In this document: positions 44,513-54,101 of the stretch, one piece after another
Numbering within the stretch: position 1 is the stretch's first letter
Layout: every line of letters begins with the position of its first letter
Origin: Candidatus Aminicenantales bacterium
GTDB lineage: Bacteria > Acidobacteriota > Aminicenantia > Aminicenantales > Saccharicenantaceae
DNA length: 54,101 nt
Assembly (NCBI GenBank): GCA_049696855.1
Contig: JBAVUQ010000162.1
Span: 1 to 54,101, forward strand
Reading direction: 5' to 3'
Notes under the pieces: model-generated
Database searches by the model: none
What the model was told of the DNA's origin: nothing
Seen by the model: the letters and a program-made list of their open reading frames with translations, nothing else
Made by a program: the position numbers and the translations under genes

Positions 44513-45803
44513 CGGCCTTCTCCCCGGAGCCGAGGAATTCGCTGACGATGCGCATGGCGCAGAAATCGCCGCACATGGAGCAGGCCTTGCTCCGGGTCTT
44601 GCGCCGTTTCCGTACGGCCGCGAACTTGATCGGGTCAATGGCCAGCCGCCGCTGCGTCTCCCAGTCGAGGCGCTTGCGGGCCCGGGCGAGCTCGAGGTCG
44701 CGGGCCAGGGCGCCGGGAACGCCCTTGACGATATCGGCCGCGTGGGCCGCGATCTTCGACGCGATGAGCCCCTCGCGGACGTCATCGTCGCTCGGCAGGC
44801 CGAGGTGCTCGGCGGGGGTGACGTAGCACAGGAAGTCGGCCCCGGCGGCCGCGGCCACGGCCCCGCCGATGGCCGAGACGATGTGGTCATACCCGGGGGC
44901 GATGTCGGTGACGAGCGGTCCGAGGACGTAGAACGGCGCGCCGTCGCAGACCCGTTTCTCGAGGCGCATGTTCATCTCGACCTGGTCGAGCGGCACATGG
45001 CCCGGGCCTTCGACCATGACCTGGACCCCGGCTTCTCTCGAGCGCTTGACCAGCTCGCCGAGGGTCAGCAGCTCCTCGATCTGAGGCCGGTCGGTCGCGT
45101 CGAGGACGGAACCCGGCCGGAGCCCGTCCCCCAGGCTGAGCGTCACGTCGTGGCGCCGGGCGATCTCGAGCAGGCGGTCGAACCGGGCGTAGAACGGGTT
45201 CTCTCTTCCGTTATGGAGCATCCACGCGAGCAGGAACGCCCCGCCGCGGGAGACGACGTCGGCGACGCGGCCCTGCTTTTTCAGGCGGTCGATGGCCTTC
45301 AGCGTCAGGCCGCTGTGGACGGTCATGAAATCGACGCCTTCGCGGGCCTGCGAATCAACCGCCTCGAACAGATCGTCCTCGGTCATGTCGACGATGGATT
45401 CCCGGCGGGCGATGGCCATGACCGCCGCCTGGTAGATGGGCACGGTCCCCAAGGGGATGGGCGTCCGGGCGAGAATGGCCTTGCGGATCCGCTTCAGGTC
45501 GCCGCCCGTGCTCAGGTCCATCAGGGTATCGGCGCCGTAGTCCAGGCTGATCCGGACCTTGCGCAGCTCGTCGGCCAGGAGCGGAAAATCGCGGGACGTG
45601 CCGAGATTGACGTTGACCTTGGTCCGCAGCCCTTTGCCGATGCCCGCCGGCCGGTCCGGGGCGTGGCGCGGATTGAAAGGGATGACCACGAGACCCCGGC
45701 CGACGAGATCGGCCAGCTTTTCCGGGACGACACCCTCGGCCCGGGCGACCTTCTTCAGGGCCTGGCTGAGGATGCCTTGTCTCGCCTTTTCCGTCTGTGT
45801 CAT
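44496..45803 (-). CDS. thiC: Phosphomethylpyrimidine synthase ThiC
   Basis: 435 aa with ThiC segments [25 protein letters not shown] and a C-terminal CSMCGDFCA cluster motif. Confidence 0.95.
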   Translation of the reverse strand: MTQTEKARQGILSQALKKVARAEGVVPEKLADLVGRGLVVIPFNPRHAPDRPAGIGKGLRTKVNVNLGTSRDFPLLADELRKVRISLDYGADTLMDLSTGGDLKRIRKAILARTPIPLGTVPIYQAAVMAIARRESIVDMTEDDLFEAVDSQAREGVDFMTVHSGLTLKAIDRLKKQGRVADVVSRGGAFLLAWMLHNGRENPFYARFDRLLEIARRHDVTLSLGDGLRPGSVLDATDRPQIEELLTLGELVKRSREAGVQVMVEGPGHVPLDQVEMNMRLEKRVCDGAPFYVLGPLVTDIAPGYDHIVSAIGGAVAAAAGADFLCYVTPAEHLGLPSDDDVREGLIASKIAAHAADIVKGVPGALARDLELARARKRLDWETQRRLAIDPIKFAAVRKRRKTRSKACSMCGDFCAMRIVSEFLGSGEKADGECG

Positions 45804-45838
45804 GGTGGGTCGAACGCGTCCGACAGAATGGGACTCAG

Positions 45839-45867
45839 AGTATAGAGGACGCTCCCCGGACTGTCAA
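45839..45867 (-). promoter_or_regulatory. Candidate sigma70-type promoter close to thiC (TTGACA-17 nt-TATACT)
   Basis: On the minus strand, TTGACA at 45867-45862 and TATACT at 45844-45839. The -10 box ends 35 nt before the ATG. Confidence 0.4.
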
Positions 45868-46102
45868 GAAACCGGACGGCGGGCCGAGGATTAGCCCGGC
45901 CGCATTTTCGCCTCACCCCTAAGGGTCATATCCGGAGGGCGTTTTTCACCCCCCCTATCATCCGGGCCGACGATTGCCCGTCAGGGGAGGGCCCCCTACC
46001 ATGGACGTGTGATGTTGGCCGCGAGGTGCGGCGTTTTATCCAACGGCGGTAGCCTGCCGCGAAGAGGGGGCTCGCCGTCGTCCCCCCGGACGTGGTATCC
46101 TG

Positions 46103-46603
46103 ATGACCAAGATGTCGGCCGTCAAGAAGTTCCTTACCTACGTCCTGCCGCTGCTTTTGTTGCTGGCCCTCATCTTTCCCGTGTGGAACCGGTCCCTCGG
46201 CTCGAGCCGCATCTACGAGACCTTCGCCGACGTTTTCCGCTGGGTCCTGCCGCACGCTTCGCGGCACGCGCTCGACGCGACGTACATCGTCCTCCGCAAG
46301 ATGCTCCACTTCTTCACGTACGGGTTGCTGGCCTTTCTCTTCTACCGGGCTTTCCGCGCCGGCCAGAAGCCCTTCTGGTCGAAGAGAACAGGCGTCCAGG
46401 CCGCGGCGGCCGCGATCGCCTACGGTTTCACCGACGAGTTCCTCCAGTCGTTCGTCCCCAACCGCGTCGGCAGCCCCTTTGACTGGGCCGTGGACACCGC
46501 GGGCATCCTGACGGTTATCGCCTTGCTGTCCTGGGTGGGCGGCCGGAGCCATGCGGATCCCCATTCCCGGCCGGGCCCGGCGCGGCCGGATCGTCCCGCT
46601 TGA
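46103..46603 (+). CDS. VanZ-like family membrane protein
   Basis: Four hydrophobic helices with RKMLHFFTYGLLAFLFYRAF and FTDEFLQSFVPNRVGSPFDWAVDTAGIL, as in VanZ-like proteins. Confidence 0.75.
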   Translation: MTKMSAVKKFLTYVLPLLLLLALIFPVWNRSLGSSRIYETFADVFRWVLPHASRHALDATYIVLRKMLHFFTYGLLAFLFYRAFRAGQKPFWSKRTGVQAAAAAIAYGFTDEFLQSFVPNRVGSPFDWAVDTAGILTVIALLSWVGGRSHADPHSRPGPARPDRPA

Positions 46604-46655
46604 TCCGGCCGCCGTCGATCATCCTATCTGGCGGAAAATAAAATATTTAGAGGAA

Positions 46656-46684
46656 CTTGACAAGTCCCCGGAGGGACCCTATCA
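46656..46684 (+). promoter_or_regulatory. Candidate sigma70-type promoter (TTGACA-17 nt-TATCAT) with an AT-rich upstream tract
   Basis: TTGACA at 46656-46661 and TATCAT at 46679-46684, with AAGGAGAAAG before the ATG at 46709. Confidence 0.55.
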
Positions 46685-46708
46685 TATCCATCGCCAAGGA
46701 GAAAGCCC

Positions 46709-47491
46709 ATGAGGCCAGGTGCCAAGGGAGTCGTCTCTTGGGGATCGGCGCTGGCGCTGATCCTCATGCTGACGTCGTCGGTTGCCAGCCCCCAGGAGTC
46801 CGATAAAGGAAACCTGATCGGGTTCATTTTCGCCGCGGACGGCTCGACCCCGGTCGCGGGCGCCGTCGTCGTGGTCAAGAACCTGATGACGGGCGTCGTC
46901 ACCGAAGCCGGGGAATCCGACGGGCTGGGCATTTTCAAGGTCGCGGGGCTCAACGTCGGGCTCTATGCGCTCGGCGTCCGGTCGGCTTCGGGGAGCTATA
47001 ATTCCCAGGATTTCTTCGGGATCTCGGCCCGGCAGACGGCCAAGATCTCGGTCGCCCTGAATCCTTACGATTCGGCGGCCGCCGCGGGCGCCGCCGCCGT
47101 CATCAGGGAACAGCGGGAGAAGGGCGAGGCCTTTATCGGGAAGATCGTCAAGTACTATCCCGAGACGAAGGAAGCGGATGTCTTCATCGAGATCGGGCTC
47201 ATCCAGGCGGACGACCGCATCCACGTCAAGGGCCAGGCCACGGATTTCTATCAGGACGTGAAGGGCCTGAAGGCTTACGGGGCCAGGATGAAGCGCGTCA
47301 CGGTCAGCCGCACCGCCAACTTCAGGGCGTCCAAGCCCTGCGCGGCAGGCGACTTTATCTACGTCGTCTGCAGGCGCGGCGTCCCGCCTTTCTTCCTGGC
47401 GCCGCTCGGCATCGCCGCCATCGTCGCCGGAGCCGTGCCCCTGGCCGCGACCTTCGAGGACGAGCCGGTTTCGCCGTTCAAGATCAAGTAA
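46709..47491 (+). CDS. Secreted carboxypeptidase-regulatory-like (CarboxypepD_reg) domain protein with C-terminal hydrophobic segment
   Basis: Signal peptide, a segment GFIFAADGSTPVAGAVVVVKNLMTGVVTEAGESDGLGIFKVAGLNVGLYAL, and a hydrophobic stretch near the C-terminus. Confidence 0.6.
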   Translation: MRPGAKGVVSWGSALALILMLTSSVASPQESDKGNLIGFIFAADGSTPVAGAVVVVKNLMTGVVTEAGESDGLGIFKVAGLNVGLYALGVRSASGSYNSQDFFGISARQTAKISVALNPYDSAAAAGAAAVIREQREKGEAFIGKIVKYYPETKEADVFIEIGLIQADDRIHVKGQATDFYQDVKGLKAYGARMKRVTVSRTANFRASKPCAAGDFIYVVCRRGVPPFFLAPLGIAAIVAGAVPLAATFEDEPVSPFKIK

Positions 47492-47543
47492 CGGATCTCA
47501 CTCCCGGAGTCCGGCCTCCGCATCCCCCAGGGGGGGCTCCTCT

Positions 47544-48608
47544 TTGAGCGATCTTCATTCCTCCCGTCTTCTTATCCTCTGCGCCCGTCCCGGTGATGAC
47601 CCCGGCGGGCGGTCGGGAGCCCTGCGCCTGGCCGCCGCCGTGCGCGATTGGGACAAGGCCCTCGCCAAGGCCGGGAGCGAGGGTGTCCTTCCTCTCCTCT
47701 ATTGGACTCTCCGCGACGACGCGGGCGCCGTGCCCGCTGCCGTCCTGGAGACGCTCCGCCTCGCCTTCCTGGGGAACCTGGCCCGGACGTCCCAGGTCTA
47801 CCGCGAGCTGGAGCTCTTTCTCGAATCCGTTCGCCGCTCCGGCCTCCGTGCCGCTCTCACCAAGGGAGGCCGGCTGGCCCTGGACGTCTACGCCGACGCC
47901 GCCCTGCGTCCGTTCTGGGATGTGGATTTCATCGTCCATCCGGCCGATTGGGCCGGGCTCCGGGCGATCCTCGCCGGCCTGGACTTTGCCGAGGCTTCGA
48001 ACGGCGTCCTTGACGGTCCCGGCGCCGCGGTGCCGTCCCTCGGCTGGACCTATTCGCCCTATTTCAAGAAGGGTTCGCTCGTCCTCGAATTCCACGATCA
48101 TCCCCTCGGACTCCGCTTCCCCGGCCAAGGAGGCGACGGCTTCTGGTCTTCGGCCGGCCGGCTGCGCGTCCGCGGCACCGAAGCGATGGTCCTGCCGGCC
48201 GAGAACGAGCTCTGCCATCTCTGCGTCCACGCCCAGAAGCACTCGTATCAAAAGCTCATCTGGCTCGCCGATATCGCCCGTCTGGCGGGGAGGGCCGGGC
48301 TCGACTGGAACTGGGTCTGCCGCATCGCCCAGGCCGAGCGGATCAAGGGCCCCGTGTTCTATGGCCTCCACCTGGCCGAGACTCTTTGGCCCGGATCCGT
48401 CCCGCCCGAGGCGCGTCAGGACCTGCGTCCCGGGCCGGTCGAATCGGCCGGGCTCCGCTTTTTCTGGCCTCCGGCTGCGACGGCCTCCCGGAGCGTCGCG
48501 ACGGCCTGGCCCTATGATATGCCCTCGCTCTTCTCGCTCTGGGAGCGCCGCGATCCCGTTCTGGCCGCGCGGACCCTGGGCCGGATCTTCTTCCCGCCCA
48601 AGGCGTAA
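47544..48608 (+). CDS. Uncharacterised nucleotidyltransferase-family protein (NTP_transf_5-like, from memory)
   Basis: 354 aa with a TTG start as listed, so the start is uncertain. RPFWDVDFIVHPADW resembles the catalytic D-x-D of this family. Confidence 0.6.
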   Translation: MSDLHSSRLLILCARPGDDPGGRSGALRLAAAVRDWDKALAKAGSEGVLPLLYWTLRDDAGAVPAAVLETLRLAFLGNLARTSQVYRELELFLESVRRSGLRAALTKGGRLALDVYADAALRPFWDVDFIVHPADWAGLRAILAGLDFAEASNGVLDGPGAAVPSLGWTYSPYFKKGSLVLEFHDHPLGLRFPGQGGDGFWSSAGRLRVRGTEAMVLPAENELCHLCVHAQKHSYQKLIWLADIARLAGRAGLDWNWVCRIAQAERIKGPVFYGLHLAETLWPGSVPPEARQDLRPGPVESAGLRFFWPPAATASRSVATAWPYDMPSLFSLWERRDPVLAARTLGRIFFPPKA

Positions 48609-48681
48609 TATCCCTTCCTGATCCCCGCCTGTTTTCTCCGCCCCCCGTATCTGCTAACATAAAGGGCGGAAGCTCGAAACG

Positions 48682-49293
48682 ATGACAAAACCACGCTTCA
48701 AGGGGCCGGCGGTCTTCGCCGCCCTGGCGATGCTCGCGGCCGCCGCCGGCGCGGTCTTCGCCGAAGTGCCGCCCGAGGTCAGGGCCAAGGCGGCCGGGAT
48801 CTTCGCCGCGCTGGAGAAGATCGAGGCCGAAGCGGAGCGGACCCCGGCCCTGGCCGTGCCGCCTTTGTCCGGGACCAGCCCCGGCAGCCGCAGCCTGACC
48901 TTCAGCGAGGCCGAGCTCAACGCCTACGCCGCCTGCCGGCTCGAGAACGAACCCTACGTCAGAGCGGCCGTCCTCAAGCTCCTGGCCGGCGACATGATCG
49001 AGGGCCGCGTCACCATCGACCTCGGCAAGCCCCAGGCCTCCGGCCTCATTCCGCAAAGGCAGGACCTGCTCTTCGCGGCCCGCATCGAGACGCGGGACGG
49101 GAAGATCCGGATCGCCATGGACAGCCTTTATCTCGGCACCCAGGCCATCTCGCCGGCCTTCATCGACATCGTCATCGGCGTCGTCTCGCGTCTCCAGGGC
49201 GTCGAGCCGACATCCCTCAAAGACTGGTACGACCTGCCGCCGGGCGTCCTGCGGCTCGAATCGCGGCCTGGCCAGGTCGTCGTCATCTACTGA
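48682..49293 (+). CDS. Secreted hypothetical protein (203 aa)
   Basis: Signal peptide AVFAALAMLAAAAGAVFA. I recognise no motif. Confidence 0.55.
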   Translation: MTKPRFKGPAVFAALAMLAAAAGAVFAEVPPEVRAKAAGIFAALEKIEAEAERTPALAVPPLSGTSPGSRSLTFSEAELNAYAACRLENEPYVRAAVLKLLAGDMIEGRVTIDLGKPQASGLIPQRQDLLFAARIETRDGKIRIAMDSLYLGTQAISPAFIDIVIGVVSRLQGVEPTSLKDWYDLPPGVLRLESRPGQVVVIY

Positions 49294-49294
49294 C

Positions 49295-49936
49295 ATGATC
49301 AGGATCATCAGCGGCATCTATAAGGGGCGCCGCCTCAAGCTCGTGCCCAGCGCGTCGGTCCGTCCGATGCAGGACAAGGTCAAGGGGGCGCTCTTCAACA
49401 TCGTCGGCGACAGGCTCCGCGGCGGCGTCTGCCTCGACGGCTTCGCGGGGACGGGCTCGGTCGGCCTCGAGGCCCTGAGCCGCGGAGCCGACACCTGCGT
49501 CTTCGTCGATGAGTTTTATCCGTCGATCAAGGTCATCAAGCAGAACGTCGCCAAGTGCGGGGCCGAGGAGAAATCGGTCGTCATCCACAAGGAGTTCAAC
49601 CGGGCCGTCATCGACCTGGCCAAGCAGGGCGTCCGCTTCGACGTCATCTTCCTCGACCCGCCCTACCGGCTTCTGGAGGAACGGAATCCGCTCAAGGTCA
49701 TCCGCAAGCGCGGCCTGCTCAAGGCGGGCGGCCTCATCGTCCTCCGCCACTACTTCAAGATCAAGCCGAAGCTCGGCGACTTCAAGCTCGAGCGCCGGGT
49801 GAAGCTCGGCGACGACATCCTGGCCCTGTTCTCGCCCCTGCCCCCCGGAGGCGGGACGGCCGCGGACGCGGCCGTGCCCGATCTGCCGAAGCGGGGCTTG
49901 CCCGCGGCCCGCCGTTCCCCTAAAATGGGGTCATGA
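49295..49936 (+). CDS. rsmD: 16S rRNA (guanine966-N2)-methyltransferase RsmD with C-terminal extension
   Basis: MIRIISGIYKGRRL, DGFAGTGSVGLEALSRGA and IFLDPPY motifs, plus a Pro/Ala-rich ~30-aa tail. Confidence 0.85.
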   Translation: MIRIISGIYKGRRLKLVPSASVRPMQDKVKGALFNIVGDRLRGGVCLDGFAGTGSVGLEALSRGADTCVFVDEFYPSIKVIKQNVAKCGAEEKSVVIHKEFNRAVIDLAKQGVRFDVIFLDPPYRLLEERNPLKVIRKRGLLKAGGLIVLRHYFKIKPKLGDFKLERRVKLGDDILALFSPLPPGGGTAADAAVPDLPKRGLPAARRSPKMGS

Positions 49937-50787
49937 AGAAAGCCGGGGGTGGGGCGGATCCGTTCTGGAAAGAGGCCCCTCTCGTCGATGAGAGCGAGAT
50001 CTTCTCCGAGCTCCACGTCAAGCAGGGCAGCTCGCTGTTCCTCGGGCGCTACTCCGCCAACGAGATCCTGGCCGTCCTCAACAAGAAGGGCTTCCTCAAG
50101 GAGGCCCGCCAGCGCTTTCTCTGGCCGCTCACTTACGATCTCGATTCGTCCGACTATCCGGTCCAGAGGCTGCAGATCTTTCTGCGCGAGCCCGGGCCGG
50201 AAAACGTCATCGTCGACGTCAAGATCAAGGAATGCGACTTTGTCGCCAAGGCGGCCGCGGAGGGCCTGCCGGCCCTGCCGCCGCAGAAGGCCCTGGCCTT
50301 CGAGTGGCTGACCCTCCAGAACCCGTTGGTCAAGCGGGGCGAGCCCTTCTCGCCGCTCCCCGGCCAGACCCGCCCGGGCCTGAGCATGCGCTCGAAGATC
50401 ATGGACCTGTTCGTCTACCTCGGCCGCCTGACACGCAAGGACTGCCTGCTGGCCTTTCCCGCCTTCTTCCACAATGGCGTCCTCTTCTCGCGCTATTTCC
50501 ACTTCTGGAACCCCGCCAAGGAAGCCGAGGTCCTGGCCATCCGCCGGACCTTCAGGCACATGCCCTTCCGCCAGCTCGCCTGGGTCGTCCACTTGAACTG
50601 CCTGAGGCGGGCCGACGGGTCCGTCTACGAGTGGCAGGCCGAGGAGCAGCTCTATCCGTTCACCCGCCCGCTCAAGGACTATTTCGATTCCCGGCGCTAC
50701 AGGGAGATCGTGAAAACGGGGCTCAAGACGCTTCAATTCACGGTCGACCAGTCCGAATTCGAGCGCAAATCCGTCGATATCCCCTGA
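49933..50787 (+). CDS. Hypothetical protein (284 aa)
   Basis: ATGA overlap with the rsmD stop and a coding-like composition. I recognise no motif. Confidence 0.55.
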   Translation: MKKAGGGADPFWKEAPLVDESEIFSELHVKQGSSLFLGRYSANEILAVLNKKGFLKEARQRFLWPLTYDLDSSDYPVQRLQIFLREPGPENVIVDVKIKECDFVAKAAAEGLPALPPQKALAFEWLTLQNPLVKRGEPFSPLPGQTRPGLSMRSKIMDLFVYLGRLTRKDCLLAFPAFFHNGVLFSRYFHFWNPAKEAEVLAIRRTFRHMPFRQLAWVVHLNCLRRADGSVYEWQAEEQLYPFTRPLKDYFDSRRYREIVKTGLKTLQFTVDQSEFERKSVDIP

Positions 50788-50899
50788 TTTGCCGACCGTT
50801 ATGTTTGACCGGGGATAGCCTCAGAATTCCTGGGACACGATACGAAATTCAGAAATTTCGTTCATGTCCCGGAATTCACGCCGGGTCCGGTCGGCAAAT
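50787..50899. other. 113-nt nested imperfect palindrome (four coaxial stems) between the hypothetical gene and rpmE
   Basis: The exact pairings are 50787-50798/50888-50899 (12 bp), 50824-50830/50871-50877 (7 bp), 50832-50837/50865-50870 (6 bp) and 50842-50849/50854-50861 (8 bp, 4-nt loop). Confidence 0.8.
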
Positions 50900-50917
50900 C
50901 CGGGACAATCCCGCCTT

Positions 50918-50946
50918 TTGCGGCGGCGCCTAGATTCTGTTATAAT
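50918..50946 (+). promoter_or_regulatory. Candidate sigma70-type promoter of rpmE-prfA-prmC (TTGCGG-17 nt-TATAAT)
   Basis: TTGCGG at 50918-50923 and TATAAT at 50941-50946, with AAGGAG before the ATG at 50970. Confidence 0.5.
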
Positions 50947-50969
50947 ACCGCGCTCAAGGAGATCGTTCC

Positions 50970-51248
50970 ATGAAGAAAGACGTCCATCCCGAATACCAGG
51001 AATGCCTCGTGACCTGCGCCTGCGGCAGCACGTTCAAGACGAGGTCGACCAAGAAGGAGATCCGGGTCGAGATCTGCTCCCAGTGCCATCCCTTCTTCAC
51101 CGGCAAGCAGAAGTTCATCGACAGCGCCGGCCGCGTCGAGAAGTTCAAGAAGAAATTCGGCGACGCCAAGGACATCAAGGCCGCCAAGGATGCCAGGGCG
51201 GCCCGGGACGTCAAGAGCCTGGCGAAGAAGAAAAAATCGTCTCGATGA
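50970..51248 (+). CDS. rpmE: 50S ribosomal protein L31 (zinc-binding type) with Lys-rich C-terminal tail
   Basis: [23 protein letters not shown] and GRVEKF motifs, then a ~25-aa K/A-rich tail. Confidence 0.95.
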   Translation: MKKDVHPEYQECLVTCACGSTFKTRSTKKEIRVEICSQCHPFFTGKQKFIDSAGRVEKFKKKFGDAKDIKAAKDARAARDVKSLAKKKKSSR

Positions 51249-52348
51249 TCTCGGAACTCCAGGCGATCGAGGACAAGTATCGCCAACTGACAGCCGCCCT
51301 CTCCGATCCCGCGATCGCCGCCAACCCCCAGAAGATCCGCGAGCTGGCCAAGGAGCGGGCCGAGCTCGAGCCCGTGTTCCGGAAATACGAGGAGTGGAAG
51401 CGCGTCCGCAAGGACCGTGACGAGGCCCGGGCCATCCTGGCCGATCCCTCGAACGACCCCGAGCTCAAGCGCATGGCCGAGGGCGAGGCGGAGATGCTCG
51501 ATGCCCGGGAGAACGTCCTCGCCGGCGAGCTCCGGACGATGCTGCTTCCCAAGGACCCCAACGACGCGAAGGACGTCATCCTCGAGATCCGGGCCGGGGC
51601 CGGAGGGGACGAAGCGTCCCTGTTCGCCCAGGACCTCTTCCGGATGTACTCCCGGTTCGCCGAGAAGAAAAACTGGAAGTTCGAGGTCCTGGACACGAGC
51701 CTCTCGCCCGTCGGCGGGATCAAGGAGGCGATCGGCGAGATCCGCGGCAAAGGCGCCTACTCGCTCCTCAAGTACGAAAGCGGCGTCCACCGCGTCCAGC
51801 GCGTCCCCAAGACCGAGGCTTCCGGCCGCATCCACACGTCGACCGCGACCGTGGCCGTCCTGCCGGAAGCCGAGGAGATCGATCTCAAGATCGATCCCAA
51901 GGACCTCAAGATCGAGGCCTTCGGCTCGTCCGGGCCGGGCGGCCAGAACGTCAACCGGAACTACACCGCGATCCGCATCACCCACAAGCCGTCGGGGCTC
52001 GTCGTCTCCTGCCAGGACGAGAAATCCCAGCACCGGAACAAGGAGAAGGCTCTCCGAGTCCTGCGTTCGCGGCTCATGGACATCGCCCAGCGCGAGCAGC
52101 AGGCCATGATCGCCGACAATCGCCGCTCCCAGGTCGGGACGGGGGAGCGGAGCGAGAAGATCCGGACCTACAACTTTCCCCAATCCCGGATCACCGACCA
52201 CCGGCTGAACGAGAACTTCCACAACATCGAGGGCTTCCTGGACGGGGACCTCGACGAGATCCTGGACCATCTCGTCCGCCAGGCCCAAGCCCAGGCCCTG
52301 GGCGAGACCGGGCGCGACGCCGGCCAGGCCAAGGACGTTGGACGCTAA
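51245..52348 (+). CDS. prfA: Peptide chain release factor 1
   Basis: ATGA overlap with the rpmE stop. It has the PxT-type recognition segment ([16 protein letters not shown]) and the GGQ motif ([10 protein letters not shown]). Confidence 0.95.
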   Translation: MISELQAIEDKYRQLTAALSDPAIAANPQKIRELAKERAELEPVFRKYEEWKRVRKDRDEARAILADPSNDPELKRMAEGEAEMLDARENVLAGELRTMLLPKDPNDAKDVILEIRAGAGGDEASLFAQDLFRMYSRFAEKKNWKFEVLDTSLSPVGGIKEAIGEIRGKGAYSLLKYESGVHRVQRVPKTEASGRIHTSTATVAVLPEAEEIDLKIDPKDLKIEAFGSSGPGGQNVNRNYTAIRITHKPSGLVVSCQDEKSQHRNKEKALRVLRSRLMDIAQREQQAMIADNRRSQVGTGERSEKIRTYNFPQSRITDHRLNENFHNIEGFLDGDLDEILDHLVRQAQAQALGETGRDAGQAKDVGR

Positions 52349-53186
52349 CACGACCCTGAACGAGCTCTTCCGCCGCGGCGTCGTTCTTTTGGGCGACCAG
52401 CCCCAAGCCGTCCTCGAAGCGAAAGTCCTATTGCTGCGGGCGGCGGCCATCTCCGAGGAGCGCTTTCTCGCGGCCCCGGACAGACCCTGCCCGCCGAGGG
52501 CCGAGGCCTTTTTCGAGCGCCTCGTCGCCAAAAGGCTCGACGGCGTGCCCCTGTCCCATCTCACCGGGACCAAGGAGTTCTGGTCGATCCCGATCGAGGT
52601 GACGCCGTCGGTGCTCGTGCCGCGGCCCGAGACCGAAGGCCTGGTCGAAAAGGTCCTCGAGCTTTCGACTCGCGAGACCGAGACGATCCTCGACGTCGGG
52701 ACGGGCAGCGGCTGCATCGCCATCGCCCTGGCCAAAGAGCTCCCCCGGGCCGAGATCCAGGCCGTCGACATCTCGGAGAGGGCCCTGCGCGTCGCCCGGC
52801 GGAACGCCGCCCGGCAGAAGGTGAAGCGCATCGAGTTCCGCAGAAGCGATCTGTTCTCGGCCTTCCGCGCGACCGGCGTCCGGTTCGACTTCATCGTTTC
52901 GAACCCGCCTTACGTCTCGCGGGCGGAATGGGACGTCCTGGAGCCCGACGTGAAGGATTTCGAGCCGCGGCGCGCGCTCCTCGCCGGCGAATCCGGCCTC
53001 GAGACGATCGAACGCCTGGTCCGCCGCTCCGGGACTTTCCTGAAACCGGGCGGCTACCTCATCTTCGAGATCGGCGAGGGGCAGAGGGACAAGGTGCTCG
53101 GCCTTTTCAACCGCTGTTGGACCGAGATCGAGACGGCCTGGGACCTGGCCGGCAAGCCCCGGGTCATCACGGCCCGGCGGGCCTAG
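52338..53186 (+). CDS. prmC: Release factor glutamine N5-methyltransferase PrmC (HemK)
   Basis: TTG start overlapping the prfA 3' end. It has [15 protein letters not shown] and NPPY motifs. Confidence 0.9.
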   Translation: MDANTTLNELFRRGVVLLGDQPQAVLEAKVLLLRAAAISEERFLAAPDRPCPPRAEAFFERLVAKRLDGVPLSHLTGTKEFWSIPIEVTPSVLVPRPETEGLVEKVLELSTRETETILDVGTGSGCIAIALAKELPRAEIQAVDISERALRVARRNAARQKVKRIEFRRSDLFSAFRATGVRFDFIVSNPPYVSRAEWDVLEPDVKDFEPRRALLAGESGLETIERLVRRSGTFLKPGGYLIFEIGEGQRDKVLGLFNRCWTEIETAWDLAGKPRVITARRA

Positions 53187-54101
53187 GCCGCCTCCTCCCG
53201 TATCCGGAACTGGGTTTCGTAGAGAGAGGCGTAGAGCCCGCCCTTGGCCAGAAGCTCCGCGTGCGTCCCCCGCTCGACGAGCCGCCCCGCCTCCAGCACC
53301 AGGATCATGTCGGCGGCCAGGATCGTGCTCAGGCGGTGGGCGATGACCAGGCTGGTCCGGTTCTTCATGATGCGCTCGAGGGCGTCCTGGATGAGCGCTT
53401 CGGACTGGCTGTCGAGCGACGAGGTGGCCTCGTCCAGGACCAGGATGCGCGGGTTCTTGAGGATGACGCGGGCGATGGCCAGGCGCTGCTTCTCGCCGCC
53501 CGAGAGGCGGTAGCCGCGGTTGCCGACGACCGTGTCGTAGCCTTCGGAGAGGCCGGCGATGAAGTCGTGAATGTTGGCCGCCCGGCAGGCCGCCTCGATC
53601 TCTTCCGCCGCGGCCTCGGGCCGGGCATAGAGGAGATTGGCCCGGATGGTGTCGTTGAAGAGGAACGTCTCCTGCGTCACCATGCCGATCTGATCCGCCA
53701 GGGTGGCCAGGGTGAGGTCGCGCAGATCGTGGCCGTCGATGCTGACCGTGCCCTCCGTCGGGTCATAGAAGCGCGGCAGCATATAGGTGGCCGTCGTCTT
53801 CCCGGACCCGCTCGGGCCGACGAGCGCGGCCAGCCGGCCCGGCTTGATCTCGAAGGTGATGTCGCGGAGGGCCCAGCAGCGGGCGGCCGGAGCTTGAGGG
53901 GCCGGCGTCCCGTTCCCGTTTCGCGTCGCGACCGTCTTGAGCTTCCCGCCCTCCTGGGACAGGGGAGGGGCGGTCATGGCCGGACTGCGGGGGCCGCCGA
54001 AGCGGACGACATCGGCCAGGCCCGCGGCGGCCGCCTCCTCGGCGGCGTCGTCCGGCTGATAGCTGAAGGAGACCTTGTCGAAGCGGACGTCGCCCCGGAC
54101 G
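53183..54101 (-). CDS. ABC exporter (ABCB/MsbA-type) ATP-binding domain; N-terminal TMD lies beyond the window
   Basis: The frame stays open to the window edge ([14 protein letters not shown]...). It has Walker [10 protein letters not shown], signature LSGGEKQR and Walker [10 protein letters not shown]. Confidence 0.9.
   Translation of the reverse strand, partial: VRGDVRFDKVSFSYQPDDAAEEAAAAGLADVVRFGGPRSPAMTAPPLSQEGGKLKTVATRNGNGTPAPQAPAARCWALRDITFEIKPGRLAALVGPSGSGKTTATYMLPRFYDPTEGTVSIDGHDLRDLTLATLADQIGMVTQETFLFNDTIRANLLYARPEAAAEEIEAACRAANIHDFIAGLSEGYDTVVGNRGYRLSGGEKQRLAIARVILKNPRILVLDEATSSLDSQSEALIQDALERIMKNRTSLVIAHRLSTILAADMILVLEAGRLVERGTHAELLAKGGLYASLYETQFRIREEAA

Noticed and set aside
50954-52894. 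646-aa minus-strand ORF
   Set aside because: It is an antisense shadow of rpmE, prfA and prmC.

Overview
GC-rich bacterial chromosomal window, judged by eye from G/C-rich third codon positions and long antisense shadow ORFs. The host looks like a diderm with anaerobic traits: four-subunit 2-oxoacid:ferredoxin oxidoreductase, HypF, multihaem cytochromes and lipoproteins. I call about 55 protein genes, one tRNA-Arg(CCU) and one intact IS4-family insertion sequence. I saw no rRNA and no CRISPR array. Core genes include mutM (5' cut by the window edge), hypF, queH, porGDAB, thiC, rsmD, rpmE-prfA-prmC and an ABC exporter (cut by the window edge). The regions I would look at first are these. (1) A minus-strand operon at 20.9-27.4 kb encodes a 6-haem cytochrome, a predicted outer-membrane barrel, a 12-haem cytochrome and a CBM9/DOMON-like barrel protein, which resembles a porin-cytochrome electron conduit. 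(2) An operon at 2.2-6.8 kb combines a CHASE2 cyclase, an MBL-fold hydrolase and a cNMP-gated MscS channel. (3) tRNA-Arg is followed 4.6 kb later by a 55-nt direct repeat of its 3' part, bounding an integrase-less accessory patch that carries further tRNA-like scraps and lower-GC genes. (4) A family of long perfect hairpins with conserved tips (GGGGTCAAACCTAT) and compensatory inner stems sits just downstream of stop codons; the IS has inserted into one of them with a 9-bp target duplication. (5) An orphan 439-aa protein at 27.5-28.8 kb has a possible degenerate PD-(D/E)xK-like C-terminus. All family names come from motif recognition and memory; no searches were run.
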